A DNA stretch of 64,000 nucleotides. It comes from Chloroflexota bacterium. GTDB lineage: Bacteria > Chloroflexota > Dehalococcoidia > Lucifugimonadales > JACPCL1. The translations under genes were made by a program, and so were the position numbers. The stretch is from assembly GCA_016179765.1 (NCBI GenBank), contig JACPCL010000036.1, positions 134,110 through 198,109 of the forward strand. Direction: 5' to 3'. A model generated the notes under the pieces. The model was not told the origin of the DNA and did no database searches. It saw only the letters and a list, made by a program, of their open reading frames with translations. Positions within the stretch are counted from its first letter, which is position 1; the number at the start of each line of letters is the position of its first letter. Of the stretch, positions 62,899-64,000 are shown one piece after another.

Positions 62899-63981
62899 AT
62901 GAGCGCAACGCCAGGGACCTCTTCTGGGGAGGGTGCGCCGACCCCGCGCCGCCCACATAGGTGGCGTGGCCGGCGCACTGCCCATCGGGATGCTGGGGAG
63001 GGCCGCCAGCCTGACGCCAGGCAACGTCCCTCCACCGCGCATCGCCCCCCCCGCTCCCCATCCCTCTCCATCGCCGCCCCTGTCCCCCACTACGACGTGC
63101 CTGAGGGCCATCGCCCCTTCTCCCACTCCAGCGAGGAGGAGGTTTCGCGCATTCTGGACTTCTACGGCCTGAAGTGGCTGTACGAGCCGCGCTCCTTCCC
63201 TCTGCGCTGGAACGGTGAGCAGGTGACGGAGATGTTCACGCCGGACTTCTACCTACCCGAGCTGGACCTGTACGTGGAGCTGACCACGATGAAGCAGAGC
63301 CTGGTGACGGCCAAGAATCGCAAGCTGCGCCGCATCCGGGAGCTGTACCCAGACGTGAACATCCGCCTGCTGTACCGGCGCGACATTTACCGGCTGCTGG
63401 CCAAGTACGGCTTCGGCCCTCTGGTGCATGGCGAGTTGCCCCTGGTAGAGAAGGTGCTGTTCACCCGCCCGGAGATAGAGAGGCGCGTGGCGGAGCTGGG
63501 CAGCGCCATTACCAGGGACTACGCGGGACAGGAGATCGTGCTGGTTGGCGTGTTGCGTGGGGTCTTCTGCTTCATGGCGGACCTCATGCGCCACATCCCC
63601 CTATCCACCTCCGTGGACTTCATGTCCATCTCCCACTACAGCGGCTCTGGCGGGGAGGGCGGCGCGCGCATCACCAAGGGGCCGGACGTGGACATGGGTG
63701 GCAAGCACGTGGTGCTGGTGGAGGACATTGTGGACACGGGGATGACCCTGAACTACCTGTTACGCTATCTGCAGGAGCAAGGCCCCGCCAGTCTGAAGGT
63801 GTGCGCCCTGCTGGACAAGCGGGCGCGCCGGCTGGCTGACGTGCGGGTGGACTACGTGGGCTTTGAAGCGCCGGACGAGTTCCTGGTGGGCTACGGGCTG
63901 GACTACCTGGAGCGGTACCGGAACTTGCCGTTCATTGGCATTCTGCGGCCAAAGGAGTTGCCGCAAGTGGGGGAGGGGTAG
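62899..63981 (+). CDS. hpt: hypoxanthine phosphoribosyltransferase fused to an N-terminal PD-(D/E)xK-like domain
   Basis: C-terminal roughly 180 aa are HPRT (VLVGVLRGVFCFMADL, VVLVEDIVDTGMTLNYL, VGYGLDY). They are preceded by roughly 115 aa with FTPDFYLPELDLYVELTTMK. The true start is probably GTG near 63097 rather than 62899. Confidence 0.8.
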   Translation: MSATPGTSSGEGAPTPRRPHRWRGRRTAHRDAGEGRQPDARQRPSTAHRPPRSPSLSIAAPVPHYDVPEGHRPFSHSSEEEVSRILDFYGLKWLYEPRSFPLRWNGEQVTEMFTPDFYLPELDLYVELTTMKQSLVTAKNRKLRRIRELYPDVNIRLLYRRDIYRLLAKYGFGPLVHGELPLVEKVLFTRPEIERRVAELGSAITRDYAGQEIVLVGVLRGVFCFMADLMRHIPLSTSVDFMSISHYSGSGGEGGARITKGPDVDMGGKHVVLVEDIVDTGMTLNYLLRYLQEQGPASLKVCALLDKRARRLADVRVDYVGFEAPDEFLVGYGLDYLERYRNLPFIGILRPKELPQVGEG

Positions 63982-64000
63982 GCAAAAGAGATGTCCCAAG

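Noticed and set aside
62899-63096. Arg/Pro-rich N-terminal 66 residues of the track ORF for hpt
   Set aside because: The composition (RRPHRWRGRRTAHRDAGEGRQPDARQRPS...) looks like out-of-context translation of GC-rich intergenic sequence next to a repeat. A GTG near 63097 gives a more plausible start.

Overview
High-G+C bacterial chromosomal segment. The gene content, the T-box linked to ileS and the dense hairpin repeat families suggest a Chloroflexota-like organism, but taxonomy cannot be verified here. I support about 60 protein genes, 2 tRNAs (His-GUG, Arg-UCG), three cis-regulatory RNA leaders and five families of short intergenic palindromic repeats. Most of the window is housekeeping. 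It includes a pyrimidine operon (pyrR-pyrB-pyrC-carA-...-carB) with two PyrR attenuators, and aminoacyl-tRNA synthetases (ileS, serS, lysS). It also includes greA, recJ, lgt, fabF, thiD, ggt, bioY, an NfeD/stomatin pair, and a fused 2-oxoacid:ferredoxin oxidoreductase operon joined to NfnAB-like genes. Visibly AT-richer accessory patches carry toxin-antitoxin modules (PIN with a long partner, BrnTA, HicAB, an orphan RHH), a DUF559 gene and several hypothetical membrane proteins. The most interesting observations are these. (1) A lipoprotein TlpA/ResA-like redoxin has an in-frame TGA exactly at the first Cys of the CxxC motif (W-U-P-T-C), followed by a hairpin, so it is a candidate selenoprotein. 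(2) A B12-type radical SAM enzyme with a C-terminal tail of seven tandem 11-residue repeats sits directly upstream of fabF. (3) A T-box leader lies 1.3 kb from ileS, separated from it by a HAD gene and a DUF559 gene bracketed by inverted repeats, and has a repeat element inside the leader. (4) A self-nested hairpin repeat is inserted in frame in recJ. (5) Two unrelated genes sit between carA and carB. No CRISPR array, rRNA, transposase or integrase was seen. All functional calls rest on motif recognition by eye, with no database search.
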